From an uncultured Oscillospiraceae bacterium (GTDB lineage: Bacteria > Bacillota > Clostridia > Oscillospirales > Oscillospiraceae), in assembly GCA_944385195.1 (NCBI GenBank), contig CALWWH010000266.1, positions 1 to 33,979 of the forward strand: 33,979 bases of DNA, read 5' to 3'. Shown here one piece after another: positions 1 to 11,116 of the stretch. Made by a program: the position numbers and the translations under genes. The notes below the pieces were generated by a model. The model was not told where the DNA came from and ran no database searches. It saw only the letters and a program-made list of their open reading frames with translations. Position 1 is the stretch's first letter; each line of letters begins with the position of its first letter.

Positions 1-2
1 CG

Positions 3-413
3 GTGTGTGACCCCTTTGCCAGCCGAAGGGAGATCTACCAGCAGCTCAGAGCCCATCAGGAGTCCCATGCCCAGGCGGAACTGGCCGCCTGTCAGTGCCT
101 TTCCGGTCCGCACAAGGACGATTTTGACGTCCTTTTGTCGGGCAGAAGTTTAAAAAGCTTTGGCTCACAGGGTCAGACCCGCACTGCGGCCATCTCTCTG
201 AAACTGGCGGAGCGGGAGCTTTTCCGCCAGGACACCGGTGAAGAGCCGGTGCTGCTTCTGGATGATGTTCTGTCTGAGCTGGACGCCGGTCGGCAGAATT
301 TTGTCCTCAATGAGCTCAGATCCGGGCAGGTATTCATCACCTGCTGTGAGACGGATCGGCTGACTCGTTTGGGTCAGGTGTTCGTGGTGGAGAATGGGAC
401 GATCCGGAGCTGA
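3..413 (+). CDS. recF: DNA replication/repair protein RecF, C-terminal part (5' end lies outside the window)
   Basis: The ORF is open to the window edge. The translation carries the RecF/SMC-type Walker B and D-loop 'PVLLLDDVLSELD' and 'GQVFITCCE'. It sits in the conserved recF-remB-gyrB-gyrA order. Confidence 0.9.
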   Translation: MCDPFASRREIYQQLRAHQESHAQAELAACQCLSGPHKDDFDVLLSGRSLKSFGSQGQTRTAAISLKLAERELFRQDTGEEPVLLLDDVLSELDAGRQNFVLNELRSGQVFITCCETDRLTRLGQVFVVENGTIRS

Positions 414-420
414 CAAAGAC

Positions 421-436
421 TGTTTCACGTGAAACA
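421..436. promoter_or_regulatory. parS: parS centromere-like site #1 (TGTTTCACGTGAAACA)
   Basis: Perfect 16-bp palindrome matching the Spo0J/ParB parS consensus TGTTNCACGTGAAACA. It lies 8 nt after the recF stop. The same 16-mer recurs at 10075 and 17443, and a parB gene is present in the window. Confidence 0.85.
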
Positions 437-498
437 TCACGACTGCCGCTTCCTGGTCAGGAGGGCAGGCAGTTGCGGGAGCATAGAGGAGAAAAGAA

Positions 499-771
499 AT
501 GTACATCCACATCGGCAACAGTATGACGGTGCGTGAGAGCGCAATTTTAGGGATTTTCGATTTGGATAATACCACCATTTCCAAGCATACCCGGGCCTTT
601 TTGGCTGCATCGGAGGAAGCCGGTGCGGTGATTGCTGCCACGGAGGATCTGCCCCGCACCTTTGTTCTAACAGAGGAATTTGGCATGGAGCGCGTCTATC
701 TGACCCAGTTATCTGCCGCAACCATCCAGCGCCGCAGCGAGTCTTCGGGGCCTGGCGTGTTTGGCGTGTGA
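499..771 (+). CDS. remB: DUF370 / RemB-like small protein (extracellular matrix regulator family)
   Basis: 90-aa ORF with a GAGGAG RBS. The N-terminus 'IHIGN...V....I.GIFD' is typical of DUF370. It occupies the yaaB/remB position between recF and gyrB. Confidence 0.8.
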   Translation: MYIHIGNSMTVRESAILGIFDLDNTTISKHTRAFLAASEEAGAVIAATEDLPRTFVLTEEFGMERVYLTQLSAATIQRRSESSGPGVFGV

Positions 772-791
772 AGTTCAGGAGTTTCGTTTAG

Positions 792-2738
<1,947 letters not shown>

Positions 2739-2755
2739 TGTGAGGATAGCGTGTT

Positions 2756-5245
2756 ATGAGTAAGAAAAAGCCTGATAAATATACAAAGGACATCAGTTAC
2801 CCGGATCAGGTGATCGTGAACGTCGATCTGAACCGGGAGATGAAGCGTTCCTACATCGACTATGCCATGTCCGTGATCGTCGGCCGGGCGCTGCCTGATG
2901 TGCGCGACGGCCTCAAGCCCGTCCATCGCCGGATTCTCTACACCATGTATGAGGAGGGCATCACACCGGACAAGGCCTTTAAAAAGTGTGCTACCACCGT
3001 CGGCGCCGTGCTGGGTTCGTACCATCCCCATGGCGATGCGTCGGTTTATGACGCCCTGGTCCGCCTGGCTCAGGATTTCTCCCTGCGCTACCCGCTCATT
3101 GAGGGCCACGGCAACTTCGGCTCCATCGATGGCGATCCCCCGGCTGCCTACCGGTATACCGAGGCCCGCATGGCGAAGATCTCCAACGAGATGCTCCGCG
3201 ATATCGAAAAGGAGACCATCGACTGGACCCGCAACTTTGACGAGAGCAAGCGCGAACCCACCGTCCTTCCGGCGCGGTTCCCCTGCCTGCTGGTCAACGG
3301 TAGCTCCGGTATTGCCGTTGGTATGACGACCAACATTCCCCCGCATAATCTGCGGGAGGTCATCGGCGCCTGCCTGGAAATCATCGACAACCCTGAGGCG
3401 GACCTGGATGACCTGATGGAGCACATTCAGGGACCGGACTTCCCTACCAAGGGCATCATTGTGGGCCGCAGCGGCATCCGAGCGACCTACGCCACCGGCC
3501 GGGGCCGCATCAAAGTCCGCGCCCGCACGGAGATTGAGGAGTTTGGCCAGAACCGCCAGCGCATCATCGTCACAGAACTGCCCTACCAGGTCAATAAGGC
3601 CCGCTTGATTGAAACCATCGCCGAGCATGTCAAGAACAAAAACATTGAAGGAATCTCCGACCTGCGCGACGAATCCGACCGCGACGGTCTGCGTATTGTC
3701 ATCGAGCTCAAGCGCGATGCCAATGCCCAGGTGGTCCTGAACCGTCTGTTTGCAACCACGCAGCTGCAAACCAACTTTTCTGCGGTCATGCTGGCCCTGG
3801 TCAACAACCAGACGCAGCCGAAAATCCTGACCTTGCGGGAGATTCTGGATGAGTATGTTACGTTCCAGAAGGATGTAATCCGCCGCAGGACCATTTTTGA
3901 CCTGAAGAAGGCCCAGGAACGGGCCCACCTGGTGGAAGGGCTGCGCATTGCGGTCGATCACATCGACGAGGTTATCAAAATCATCCGCGAGAGCTACGAT
4001 AACGCCCGAGAGAATTTGATGGAGCGCTTCCAACTGAGCGATCCCCAGGCCCGCGCAATTTTGGAGCTCCAGCTGCGCCGCCTGCAGGGTCTCGAGCGCG
4101 ACAAGTTGGAGGCGGAGTATCAGGATCTGATGGCTAAGATTGCCTATTACCAGACCATTTTGAACGATGAAGCGGTTCTGATCAAGGTTCTGCGGGAGGA
4201 GCTGCAGGAAATTTCCGATAAGTACGGCGACGACCGTCTGACCGAGATTGAGACCGTGGACGATGAGATCGACATTGAGGATCTGATCGAGGAGCAGGAC
4301 TGCTGCTTCACCCTCTCCGAGGCCGGGTATATCAAGCGTATGCCCGCCTCCACTTACCGCACCCAGCGCCGGGGCGGCCGGGGCATCAGCGGGCAGAGTC
4401 TGAAGGAAGAGGATTACGTCAAGACCCTGATGATCGCCAACAGCCATGATTATCTGCTCTTCTTCACCAATAAGGGCCGTGTCCACCGGCGCAAGGGGTA
4501 TCAGATTCCCGAGGCTGGCAGAACAGCCCGCGGCACAGCCATTGTCAACATCCTGCCTCTGGAGCCGGACGAGGTGGTCACAGCGATTCTCACTACCCGC
4601 GAGTTTACGGAGGATTACCTGATGATGGTCACCCGCAAGGGCACTGTCAAGCGGCTGGAGCTTCTGTCGCTGCACACTGCCCGCAAGGGCGGCATCCGCG
4701 CCATCTCCCTGGAGGAGGGAGATGAGCTGATCTCCGTCTTCAAGACCAGCGGTGAGGACAACGTCATCCTCGCCACCCGCAAGGGCATGGCCATCTGCTT
4801 CTCCGAGGCCGATGTGCGTCCCATGGGCCGCGACGCCGCCGGTGTCCGCGGCATCAAGCTGGCGCAGGACGATATGGTCATCGGCGCAGAGCTCTATGAG
4901 GCCGGTAAGTGCCTTTTGACTGTCACGGAGAAGGGCTTCGGAAAGCGGACCGCTGTGGAGGAGTATCTCCGCGGCAGCGACGACGGCGGCGCGCCCCAGT
5001 CCCGCGGCGGCAAGGGGATGAAAAATTACAACATCACGGCCAAAACCGGCCTGGTGGCCGGAATCCGTGTGGTGGGTGAGGATGACGACGTCATGCTCAT
5101 CGAGTCCGGCGGCGTGATCATCCGAATGCCCGCCTCTGACATCAGCATTTACAGCCGAAGCACCCAGGGCGTCCGCCTCATGCGGGTGGAAGACGGAAGC
5201 AGCGTCATCGGTGTGGAGCGTACCGAGAAAGAAGAGGAATCGTGA
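2756..5245 (+). CDS. gyrA: DNA gyrase subunit A
   Basis: Motifs '[25 protein letters not shown]', the QRDR '[14 protein letters not shown]', the catalytic '[10 protein letters not shown]' and the GyrA box '[10 protein letters not shown]'. A GAGGA RBS lies upstream. Confidence 0.97.
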   Translation: MSKKKPDKYTKDISYPDQVIVNVDLNREMKRSYIDYAMSVIVGRALPDVRDGLKPVHRRILYTMYEEGITPDKAFKKCATTVGAVLGSYHPHGDASVYDALVRLAQDFSLRYPLIEGHGNFGSIDGDPPAAYRYTEARMAKISNEMLRDIEKETIDWTRNFDESKREPTVLPARFPCLLVNGSSGIAVGMTTNIPPHNLREVIGACLEIIDNPEADLDDLMEHIQGPDFPTKGIIVGRSGIRATYATGRGRIKVRARTEIEEFGQNRQRIIVTELPYQVNKARLIETIAEHVKNKNIEGISDLRDESDRDGLRIVIELKRDANAQVVLNRLFATTQLQTNFSAVMLALVNNQTQPKILTLREILDEYVTFQKDVIRRRTIFDLKKAQERAHLVEGLRIAVDHIDEVIKIIRESYDNARENLMERFQLSDPQARAILELQLRRLQGLERDKLEAEYQDLMAKIAYYQTILNDEAVLIKVLREELQEISDKYGDDRLTEIETVDDEIDIEDLIEEQDCCFTLSEAGYIKRMPASTYRTQRRGGRGISGQSLKEEDYVKTLMIANSHDYLLFFTNKGRVHRRKGYQIPEAGRTARGTAIVNILPLEPDEVVTAILTTREFTEDYLMMVTRKGTVKRLELLSLHTARKGGIRAISLEEGDELISVFKTSGEDNVILATRKGMAICFSEADVRPMGRDAAGVRGIKLAQDDMVIGAELYEAGKCLLTVTEKGFGKRTAVEEYLRGSDDGGAPQSRGGKGMKNYNITAKTGLVAGIRVVGEDDDVMLIESGGVIIRMPASDISIYSRSTQGVRLMRVEDGSSVIGVERTEKEEES

Positions 5246-5676
5246 GGACCGTCAGCATCTATACCGACGGGGCCTGCTCCGGAAATCCCGGCCCCGGTGG
5301 CTGGGGGGCAATCCTGGAGTGGAATGGCCACGAAAAGGAACTCTCCGGCGGAGAAAAGAACACCACCAACAACCGCATGGAACTAACCGGCGTCATCTCC
5401 GCCCTCAAGGCTCTCAAAGAGCCTTGCCAGGTGGAGCTCTACTCTGACAGCAAATATATCATTGACGCGATGAACCAGGGCTGGGCCGTGCGATGGAAGA
5501 AAAACGGCTGGATGCGCAATAAGACAGACAGGGCCCTCAACCCTGATCTTTGGGAGGAGCTATTGCAGCTGTGCAGCTACCACCAGGTTCAGTTTCACTG
5601 GGTCAAGGGCCATGCGTCGAATCCAAAGAACAACCGCTGTGACCAGCTGGCAGTGGCGGAGAGCAAAAAGTTCTAA
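5242..5676 (+). CDS. rnhA: Ribonuclease HI
   Basis: Motifs '[20 protein letters not shown]', 'TTNNRMEL' and 'WVKGHA..P.N..CD.LA'. The GTG start overlaps the gyrA TGA stop (GTGA). Confidence 0.9.
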   Translation: MRTVSIYTDGACSGNPGPGGWGAILEWNGHEKELSGGEKNTTNNRMELTGVISALKALKEPCQVELYSDSKYIIDAMNQGWAVRWKKNGWMRNKTDRALNPDLWEELLQLCSYHQVQFHWVKGHASNPKNNRCDQLAVAESKKF

Positions 5677-5680
5677 ATAT

Positions 5681-5722
5681 AAAAGCACCAGACAGCGAGA
5701 GAATACGCTGCCTGGTGCTTTT
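5681..5722. terminator. Bidirectional rho-independent terminator between rnhA and the convergent YcxB-like gene
   Basis: Hairpin AAAAGCACCAGaCAGCG...CGCTGcCTGGTGCTTTT, flanked by an A-run on one side and a T-run on the other. Confidence 0.75.
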
Positions 5723-5758
5723 ATATTCCCTTTGTCCGGACGGGCTTCCCTGTTTACC

Positions 5759-6283
5759 TCAGCGAAGGCTTACCCACTCCAATCCCGTCCGCTCAGAGAT
5801 AAACTTCCGAAACGCCTCTTCACTGCCGCCGGTGAGCGAGGCCTTGTCATAGACCTGCCCATGGCTCTGGTCAAAGAGAAAGACGAAATACTCCTCTGTC
5901 TGGGCCAGAGCGGCGATGGTTTCGTAGGGCCACTCGGACTTGCCTGCCTCTGACTCAGAACGATAGCTCTGCTCAGTAAACACGGCCACTGCTTTCCCAG
6001 TCCCTTTCATCATCCGCCGCCGGGCAATGTAGGCATTGAGCTGGTCTTCAAACGCAAGCACGAACAACAGTATCAAAACGGCAATCCAGGTGATGAGATT
6101 GCTGGCCTCGATGCGCAGCTTGCCATCTTCAATGGGCCAGGCTAGAAATAGACCCAGTACCACCACGACTCCACCCAAAATTTGGCTGCGTCTGCTGCGC
6201 TTTTTCCGCAGCGTCTTGCGCAATGCACGCACCATGGCGGTGATTGCCTTTTGGTCATAAATCGTCTCAAAACGAAATTCCAT
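5759..6283 (-). CDS. YcxB-like membrane protein
   Basis: Two central TM helices and a C-terminal 'W.YE.I......EEY.F.F......YDK..L' pattern resembling YcxB. I place the start at ATG 6283 ('MEFRFETIYD') because the track's ATG at 6352 lies upstream of the TTGTCA-17-TATGAT promoter. Confidence 0.6.
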   Translation of the reverse strand: MEFRFETIYDQKAITAMVRALRKTLRKKRSRRSQILGGVVVVLGLFLAWPIEDGKLRIEASNLITWIAVLILLFVLAFEDQLNAYIARRRMMKGTGKAVAVFTEQSYRSESEAGKSEWPYETIAALAQTEEYFVFLFDQSHGQVYDKASLTGGSEEAFRKFISERTGLEWVSLR

Positions 6284-6305
6284 GGGATCACATCCTTTTG
6301 GAAAC

Positions 6306-6334
6306 ATCATAGCATAGTTTGGGGAAAATGACAA
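6306..6334 (-). promoter_or_regulatory. Sigma-A-type promoter for the YcxB-like gene (TTGTCA-17 nt-TATGAT)
   Basis: On the minus strand, -35 TTGTCA is at 6334-6329 and -10 TATGAT at 6311-6306, with a 17-nt spacer. Confidence 0.5.
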
Positions 6335-6370
6335 CAGCAACCGCGAACCCAACTTTTTTCTGCCGCTCTA

Positions 6371-6399
6371 TTGAAATGAAGTGAAAAGTGTTGTATACT
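6371..6399 (+). promoter_or_regulatory. Sigma-A-type promoter for the ABC exporter operon (TTGAAA-17 nt-TATACT)
   Basis: -35 TTGAAA at 6371-6376 and -10 TATACT at 6394-6399, with a 17-nt spacer. It lies about 57 nt upstream of the ATG, which has an AAAGGAG RBS. Confidence 0.6.
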
Positions 6400-6456
6400 A
6401 ATAGTCAGTGAATCAATGAAAATGCAGGACAGCGGCGCTGTTCGAAAGGAGCCATC

Positions 6457-8187
6457 ATGCAAGACAAACGAATTACAATCTATACCTACCTCAGGCCACG
6501 AATCCCGCGCATGACGCTGGGTGTCTTTTTAAAGTTCACCGGCACCATGGCGGAACTCTTTTTGCCCTATGTTCTGTCGTACATGATTGACGAGGTCGTG
6601 CCCATGGGCAGCAGCAGCCGTATTTTGCTCTGCGGTGGGCTGATGCTTATAGCGGCTGTCATCGCCGTGAGCTTCAATATCTGGGCCAACCGGATGGCCT
6701 CCGGTACCGCCCGGGACTTTACCCGCAGCCTGCGGCATGATCTGTTTAACAAGACCATGGGCCTGAGCTGCCGCCAAATCGACGAGTTTACAATCCCCTC
6801 GCTGATTGCGCGATTGACCACGGACAGTTATAATCTCCACCAGACTGTCAACTCCATGCAGCGCATTGGCATCCGCGCGCCCATCCTGCTGGTGGGGTCG
6901 CTGATCATCATGATCGCCATGGACCCTGCGCTGGCGCTGGTTATGGTGGCAGCACTGCCTCTCATGGGCGGCCTGATCTACTACTTCTCCCGCAAAGGTA
7001 TCCCGCTGTATAAAGCACAGCAGGAGGCGGTGGACGATCTGGTCCGCACGGTTCGGGAGAATTTCAGCGGCGTGCGTGTCATCAAGGCCCTGAGCAAAGC
7101 AGAATTTGAAAAACACCGCTATGACGTTGTCAACAAGGAGCTAGTCCGCCGGGAGTCCAAGGCGAATATCACCATGGCCATCACCAATCCTCTGATGAGC
7201 CTGCTGATGAACCTGGCTCTAACCGGCGTCATTCTCTACGGCGCCTACCGGGTCAATGCCGGTACCAGCCTGCCCGGCACACTCCTGGCCTTTACCTCGT
7301 ACTTTATCACCGTTTTGAACGCTCTGATGTCCATCACCCGCGTGTTCACCAACCTGGCCAAGGGCATAGCCTCCGGTGGACGAATCACCAAGGTGCTCAA
7401 CGCTCCGGCGGATCTGCTGCCAAGCCTTAACCTCCCTGGGAAGGATTCTGATGCACATATCGAGTTTGAGAACGTCAGCTTTTCTTACATCCCCGGCGGG
7501 CGGGACAATGTGGAGCATATCAGCTTTAAGCTGGGCCGCGGCCAAACCCTGGGTATTATTGGCGAAACCGGCAGCGGTAAGACTACGCTCATCAGCCTGC
7601 TGATGCGCTTTTATGACCCTCGGGAGGGACGCATCTTCATCAATGGCAAGGATATCAGATCCATTGACCCCAACGAGCTGCACCAAATGTTTGGTGTGAC
7701 TTTGCAAAACGACTTCCTGATGGCCTCCTCCATTGAGGATAATCTGCGCTTTGGCCGTGATTTGAGAAAGGCGGAGTTGGAGCTGGCAGCCAGAGACGCC
7801 CAGGCTTGGGAGTTTATTCAGGCCCTGGAAGACGGTTTCGATCACGATCTGGAGACCCGCGGGGTCAATTTCTCCGGTGGTCAGAAGCAGCGTATGCTCA
7901 TTGCCCGCGCCCTGGCGGGGCATCCGGATATTCTGATCCTCGATGACTCTTCCTCGGCCTTGGACTATAAGACCGACGCCGAGCTGCGCCAAGCCATCAA
8001 GCGGGACTACTCCGACGTCACAACAATCGTGGTTGCCCAGCGCGTAAGTTCTATTGCCCACTCTGACCTGATCATGGTCATGGAGCAGGGCCGCTGCATT
8101 GGCGAGGGCACCCATGAGCAGCTCTTGCAGAGCTGTGAATCCTATAGAGAGATTTATCTCTCGCAGATGGGGGAGGTGGCGAAATGA
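6457..8187 (+). CDS. ABC exporter half-transporter (TMD-NBD), degenerate-site subunit
   Basis: Six-helix N-terminal TMD. Walker A 'GETGSGKTT' and signature 'FSGGQKQR'. Walker B is 'ILILDDSSS', with Asp replacing the catalytic Glu. The H-loop is 'VAQRVSS', with Gln replacing His. Confidence 0.9.
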   Translation: MQDKRITIYTYLRPRIPRMTLGVFLKFTGTMAELFLPYVLSYMIDEVVPMGSSSRILLCGGLMLIAAVIAVSFNIWANRMASGTARDFTRSLRHDLFNKTMGLSCRQIDEFTIPSLIARLTTDSYNLHQTVNSMQRIGIRAPILLVGSLIIMIAMDPALALVMVAALPLMGGLIYYFSRKGIPLYKAQQEAVDDLVRTVRENFSGVRVIKALSKAEFEKHRYDVVNKELVRRESKANITMAITNPLMSLLMNLALTGVILYGAYRVNAGTSLPGTLLAFTSYFITVLNALMSITRVFTNLAKGIASGGRITKVLNAPADLLPSLNLPGKDSDAHIEFENVSFSYIPGGRDNVEHISFKLGRGQTLGIIGETGSGKTTLISLLMRFYDPREGRIFINGKDIRSIDPNELHQMFGVTLQNDFLMASSIEDNLRFGRDLRKAELELAARDAQAWEFIQALEDGFDHDLETRGVNFSGGQKQRMLIARALAGHPDILILDDSSSALDYKTDAELRQAIKRDYSDVTTIVVAQRVSSIAHSDLIMVMEQGRCIGEGTHEQLLQSCESYREIYLSQMGEVAK

Positions 8188-10013
8188 GCCGTGATATGTT
8201 CGGCAAAAGCCGTATGAGTGATATTCGTCCGCAAGACCTCAAAAACAATGGCAAGAGCGGGAAGGAAAAAAACGTGTTCCAGCCTAAGACGCTGCGCCGG
8301 CTGCTGAAATATCTGATGGTCCACCGCTGGATGTTTGTACTGGCTCTTGTTTTTGCCATAACATCCAATGTCTTTGCCCTCATCGGTCCCATGCTCTCCG
8401 GCTGGGCCATCGACGCCATTGAGCCTGGCAAGGGAAAGGTTATTTTTGGGGACGTGTTCAAATACTGCGCCCTGATGGCGATTTTCTATATCGCCTCAGC
8501 GGCTCTGACCTATGCTAACTCCGTGCTGATGGTCAGGCTCAGCCAGAAGGTCACCTATCGGATGCGCAGGGACGTTTTTGAGCACCTGCTCTCGCTCCCG
8601 GTCAGCTATTTCGACAAGCTGCAGGCCGGCGATATTATCTCGCGCATCAGCTACGATATCGACACGATCAATGCTTCGCTCAGTCACGACATGATTACCG
8701 TTTTCACGGCGATCATCACCGTCACGGGTTCTTTGATCAGCATGATTCTGCTCTCTCCGGCGCTGATGCTGGTTTTCATCATCACCCTGCCGCCGCTGGT
8801 AATTTTCACCCGGATGCGCGCCACCAAGGTGCGTCCCCTCTTCCGCAAGCGCAGCGCTATGCTCGGGCAGCTCAATGGCTATGCCGAGGAGATTTTCTCC
8901 GGTCAGAAGAGCGTCAAGGCCTACTGCCAGGAGGGCGAAATGGTGCGCCGCTTCGATGACCGCAACGAGGCAGCCGTCAGGGCCAACTACGAGGCGGAGT
9001 ACATGGGCGGAACCATGGGTCCTTGTGTCAACTTTATCAATAATCTCTCCCTGGCGCTGATCTCTACCGGCGGTGCGCTAATGTATCTGTTCGGCTATAT
9101 TGGTCTGGGTTCTGTGGCCGCGTTCATTCAGTATTCCAAGAAGTTTTCCGGCCCTGTGGGTGAGATTGCGAATATCACCAGTGAAATTCAGTCCGCCATG
9201 GCGGCGGCTGACCGCATTTTCACCCTGTTGGATCAGACGCCCGAGGCGGCGGATGCGGTGGATGCCATTGATCTTGGCAAATGCCGCGGCGATGTGACGC
9301 TGGAACACATCAACTTCAGCTATGTCCCCGATCGAGAGATCATCCATGATCTGTCTGTGAATGTCAAGGCGGGACAGCGCATCGCCATTGTCGGCCCCAC
9401 TGGCGCAGGCAAGACCACGCTGGTCAACCTCCTGATGCGCTTTTACGATCCCCAGAGCGGCAAGATCACCATCGATGGGCATGATATCCAGACCTTGACC
9501 CGCAAATCCCTGCGTTTGCAGTACACAATGGTGCTGCAGGACACCTGGCTCTTCCACGGCACCATTGCGGAGAACATCGCCTATGGCCGGGAGGGCGCCA
9601 CCCGCGAGGAGATCATCGAGGTGGCGAAGATGGCCCATGTCCATGAATTCATCTCGGGCCTGCCCCAGGGCTATGATACGGTTTTGACCGACGATGGGTC
9701 AAGTCTCTCCAAGGGTCAGAAGCAGCTGCTGACCATCGCCCGGGCGATGCTGGCTGATGCGCCGATGCTGATCCTCGACGAGGCGACCTCTAATGTCGAC
9801 ACCCGCACGGAGCGGATTATTCAAGACGCGATGTACACGCTCATGGAGAATCGCACCTGCTTTATCATTGCCCACCGGTTGAGTACAATTCAGAATGCGG
9901 ATCTGATTCTGGTTGTCCGCGACGGCGATATTGTGGAGCAGGGCAATCACACGCAGCTGATGGAAAAGGGCGGCTTCTACGCAACGCTCTATAACGCACA
10001 GTTTGCCTCCTGA
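8184..10013 (+). CDS. ABC exporter half-transporter (TMD-NBD), consensus-site subunit
   Basis: The ATG overlaps the upstream stop (ATGA). Walker A 'GPTGAGKTT', Walker B 'LILDEATSNVD' and H-loop 'IIAHRLSTI' are canonical. The signature is degenerate: 'LSKGQKQ' rather than LSGGQ. Confidence 0.9.
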   Translation: MSRDMFGKSRMSDIRPQDLKNNGKSGKEKNVFQPKTLRRLLKYLMVHRWMFVLALVFAITSNVFALIGPMLSGWAIDAIEPGKGKVIFGDVFKYCALMAIFYIASAALTYANSVLMVRLSQKVTYRMRRDVFEHLLSLPVSYFDKLQAGDIISRISYDIDTINASLSHDMITVFTAIITVTGSLISMILLSPALMLVFIITLPPLVIFTRMRATKVRPLFRKRSAMLGQLNGYAEEIFSGQKSVKAYCQEGEMVRRFDDRNEAAVRANYEAEYMGGTMGPCVNFINNLSLALISTGGALMYLFGYIGLGSVAAFIQYSKKFSGPVGEIANITSEIQSAMAAADRIFTLLDQTPEAADAVDAIDLGKCRGDVTLEHINFSYVPDREIIHDLSVNVKAGQRIAIVGPTGAGKTTLVNLLMRFYDPQSGKITIDGHDIQTLTRKSLRLQYTMVLQDTWLFHGTIAENIAYGREGATREEIIEVAKMAHVHEFISGLPQGYDTVLTDDGSSLSKGQKQLLTIARAMLADAPMLILDEATSNVDTRTERIIQDAMYTLMENRTCFIIAHRLSTIQNADLILVVRDGDIVEQGNHTQLMEKGGFYATLYNAQFAS

Positions 10014-10016
10014 TCG

Positions 10017-10063
10017 ATTCAAAAAGAGCACCGTATCCCATTGATACGGTGCTCTTTTTGAAT
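10017..10063 (+). terminator. Rho-independent terminator of the ABC operon
   Basis: 21-bp perfect stem ATTCAAAAAGAGCACCGTATC / GATACGGTGCTCTTTTTGAAT with a 5-nt loop and a T-run on the descending arm. It starts 4 nt after the stop. Confidence 0.85.
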
Positions 10064-10074
10064 ACCAAAGGAAC

Positions 10075-10090
10075 TGTTTCACGTGAAACA
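10075..10090. promoter_or_regulatory. parS: parS site #2 (TGTTTCACGTGAAACA), core of a 36-bp perfect palindrome at 10065-10100
   Basis: Exact parS 16-mer. The flanking arms CCAAAGGAAC / GTTCCTTTGG extend the palindrome to 36 bp. It ends 1 nt before the -35 of the next promoter. Confidence 0.85.
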
Positions 10091-10101
10091 GTTCCTTTGG
10101 A

Positions 10102-10130
10102 TTGACAAGCAGGCCCCAGAAGCGTATGAT
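10102..10130 (+). promoter_or_regulatory. Sigma-A-type promoter for the DUF2284 gene (TTGACA-17 nt-TATGAT)
   Basis: -35 TTGACA at 10102-10107 and -10 TATGAT at 10125-10130, with a 17-nt spacer. Confidence 0.6.
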
Positions 10131-10162
10131 ATAGGCACCAACGTCACGAAAGGAACTGTGAT

Positions 10163-10699
10163 ATGCAGCAGACAGTGAACTCGATCATTGAGGACATTGC
10201 CGGGAAGTATCCGCTGTGCGAATACGCCTTCGGTGAGGTTGTGAATGTACCCTTTTCCTCGCATGTGCGGGAGATCTGTAAGACGGGCTGCGGCCGCTAC
10301 GGCAAGTGCTGGGCCTGCCCGCCCTCATGTGGAGAAATCGAAACGTTAATAAAAAAATGCAGGCAGTATGAGCACTTCTTCCTCTTCTCCACCGTCACGG
10401 CTGTGGAAGATGCCTGGAATGCAGAAGCGTGCCTGCGCATGAAAACCGATCACGAGGCCATCACCCGCAATATTCGTCGGGAATTGCAAAAATATCTGCC
10501 GGACTGCCTGGTGCTCTCCACCGGCTGCGACCTCTGCGAGCGTTGTGCTTGCCCTGACGAGCCCTGCCGCCATCCCGAGGAGCGGCTGTCGTCGCTGGAA
10601 AGCCACGGCATCGTGCTGATGCTGCTGGCGGAGTCGGTGGGGATGAGCTGCAGCTTCGGCAGCGACACGGTGATCTTTTTTAGCATCGTGTTCTATTGA
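10163..10699 (+). CDS. DUF2284-type predicted metal-binding (Cys-rich) protein
   Basis: The hallmark 'CGRYGKCWACPP' and a second Cys cluster 'CDLCERCACPDEPC'. The RBS is AAAGGAA. Confidence 0.7.
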   Translation: MQQTVNSIIEDIAGKYPLCEYAFGEVVNVPFSSHVREICKTGCGRYGKCWACPPSCGEIETLIKKCRQYEHFFLFSTVTAVEDAWNAEACLRMKTDHEAITRNIRRELQKYLPDCLVLSTGCDLCERCACPDEPCRHPEERLSSLESHGIVLMLLAESVGMSCSFGSDTVIFFSIVFY

Positions 10700-11044
10700 T
10701 TACCGGCGCAGAATCTGTTCCATGGTTTTGCCCCTGGCCAGTTCATCGACCAGCTTATCCAGCCAGCGGATCTTCTGTAAAGTCGGGTCCTCGATGGTTT
10801 CTACGCGGACACCGCAGACGACTCCCTTGATGAGATTGCAGTTGGGGTTTATGGCAGGGGCCTCATGAAAAAAGGTCGCGTAGTCTATATCGCGTTCTAA
10901 TTGGCTGCGGAGGCCCTGGACATCGTAGCCTGTGAGCCAGCAGATGACTTCGTCTACCTCTGCCCGGCTGCGGCCCTTGCGCTCAGCCTTTGCCACTAAA
11001 AGCGGGTAGACCTTTGAGAGTTTCATTGTGAACACTTTTTCCAA
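10700..11044 (-). CDS. DUF2200 family protein
   Basis: '[30 protein letters not shown]' matches my recollection of the conserved DUF2200 N-terminus. The start may instead be the internal ATG at 11026. Confidence 0.7.
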   Translation of the reverse strand: MEKVFTMKLSKVYPLLVAKAERKGRSRAEVDEVICWLTGYDVQGLRSQLERDIDYATFFHEAPAINPNCNLIKGVVCGVRVETIEDPTLQKIRWLDKLVDELARGKTMEQILRR

Positions 11045-11063
11045 CGTTAATTCCCCTTTGTGT

Positions 11064-11114
11064 CATATAAAGCAGGCAGCGCCTCCGCACAAGTCAATGC
11101 GGCGGCGCTGCCTG
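11064..11114 (-). terminator. Terminator hairpin after the nucleotidyltransferase gene
   Basis: Minus-strand hairpin CAGGCAGCGCCgCCGC...GCGGaGGCGCTGCCTG followed by CTTTATAT. It starts 2 nt after the stop. Confidence 0.6.
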
Positions 11115-11116
11115 AC

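Noticed and set aside
6416-6514. A 32-codon upstream ORF starting at ATG 6416 in the ABC-operon leader and running into the first ABC gene in another frame.
   Set aside because: There is no Shine-Dalgarno sequence in front of it, the peptide has no notable features, and it overlaps the real start. It is probably fortuitous.
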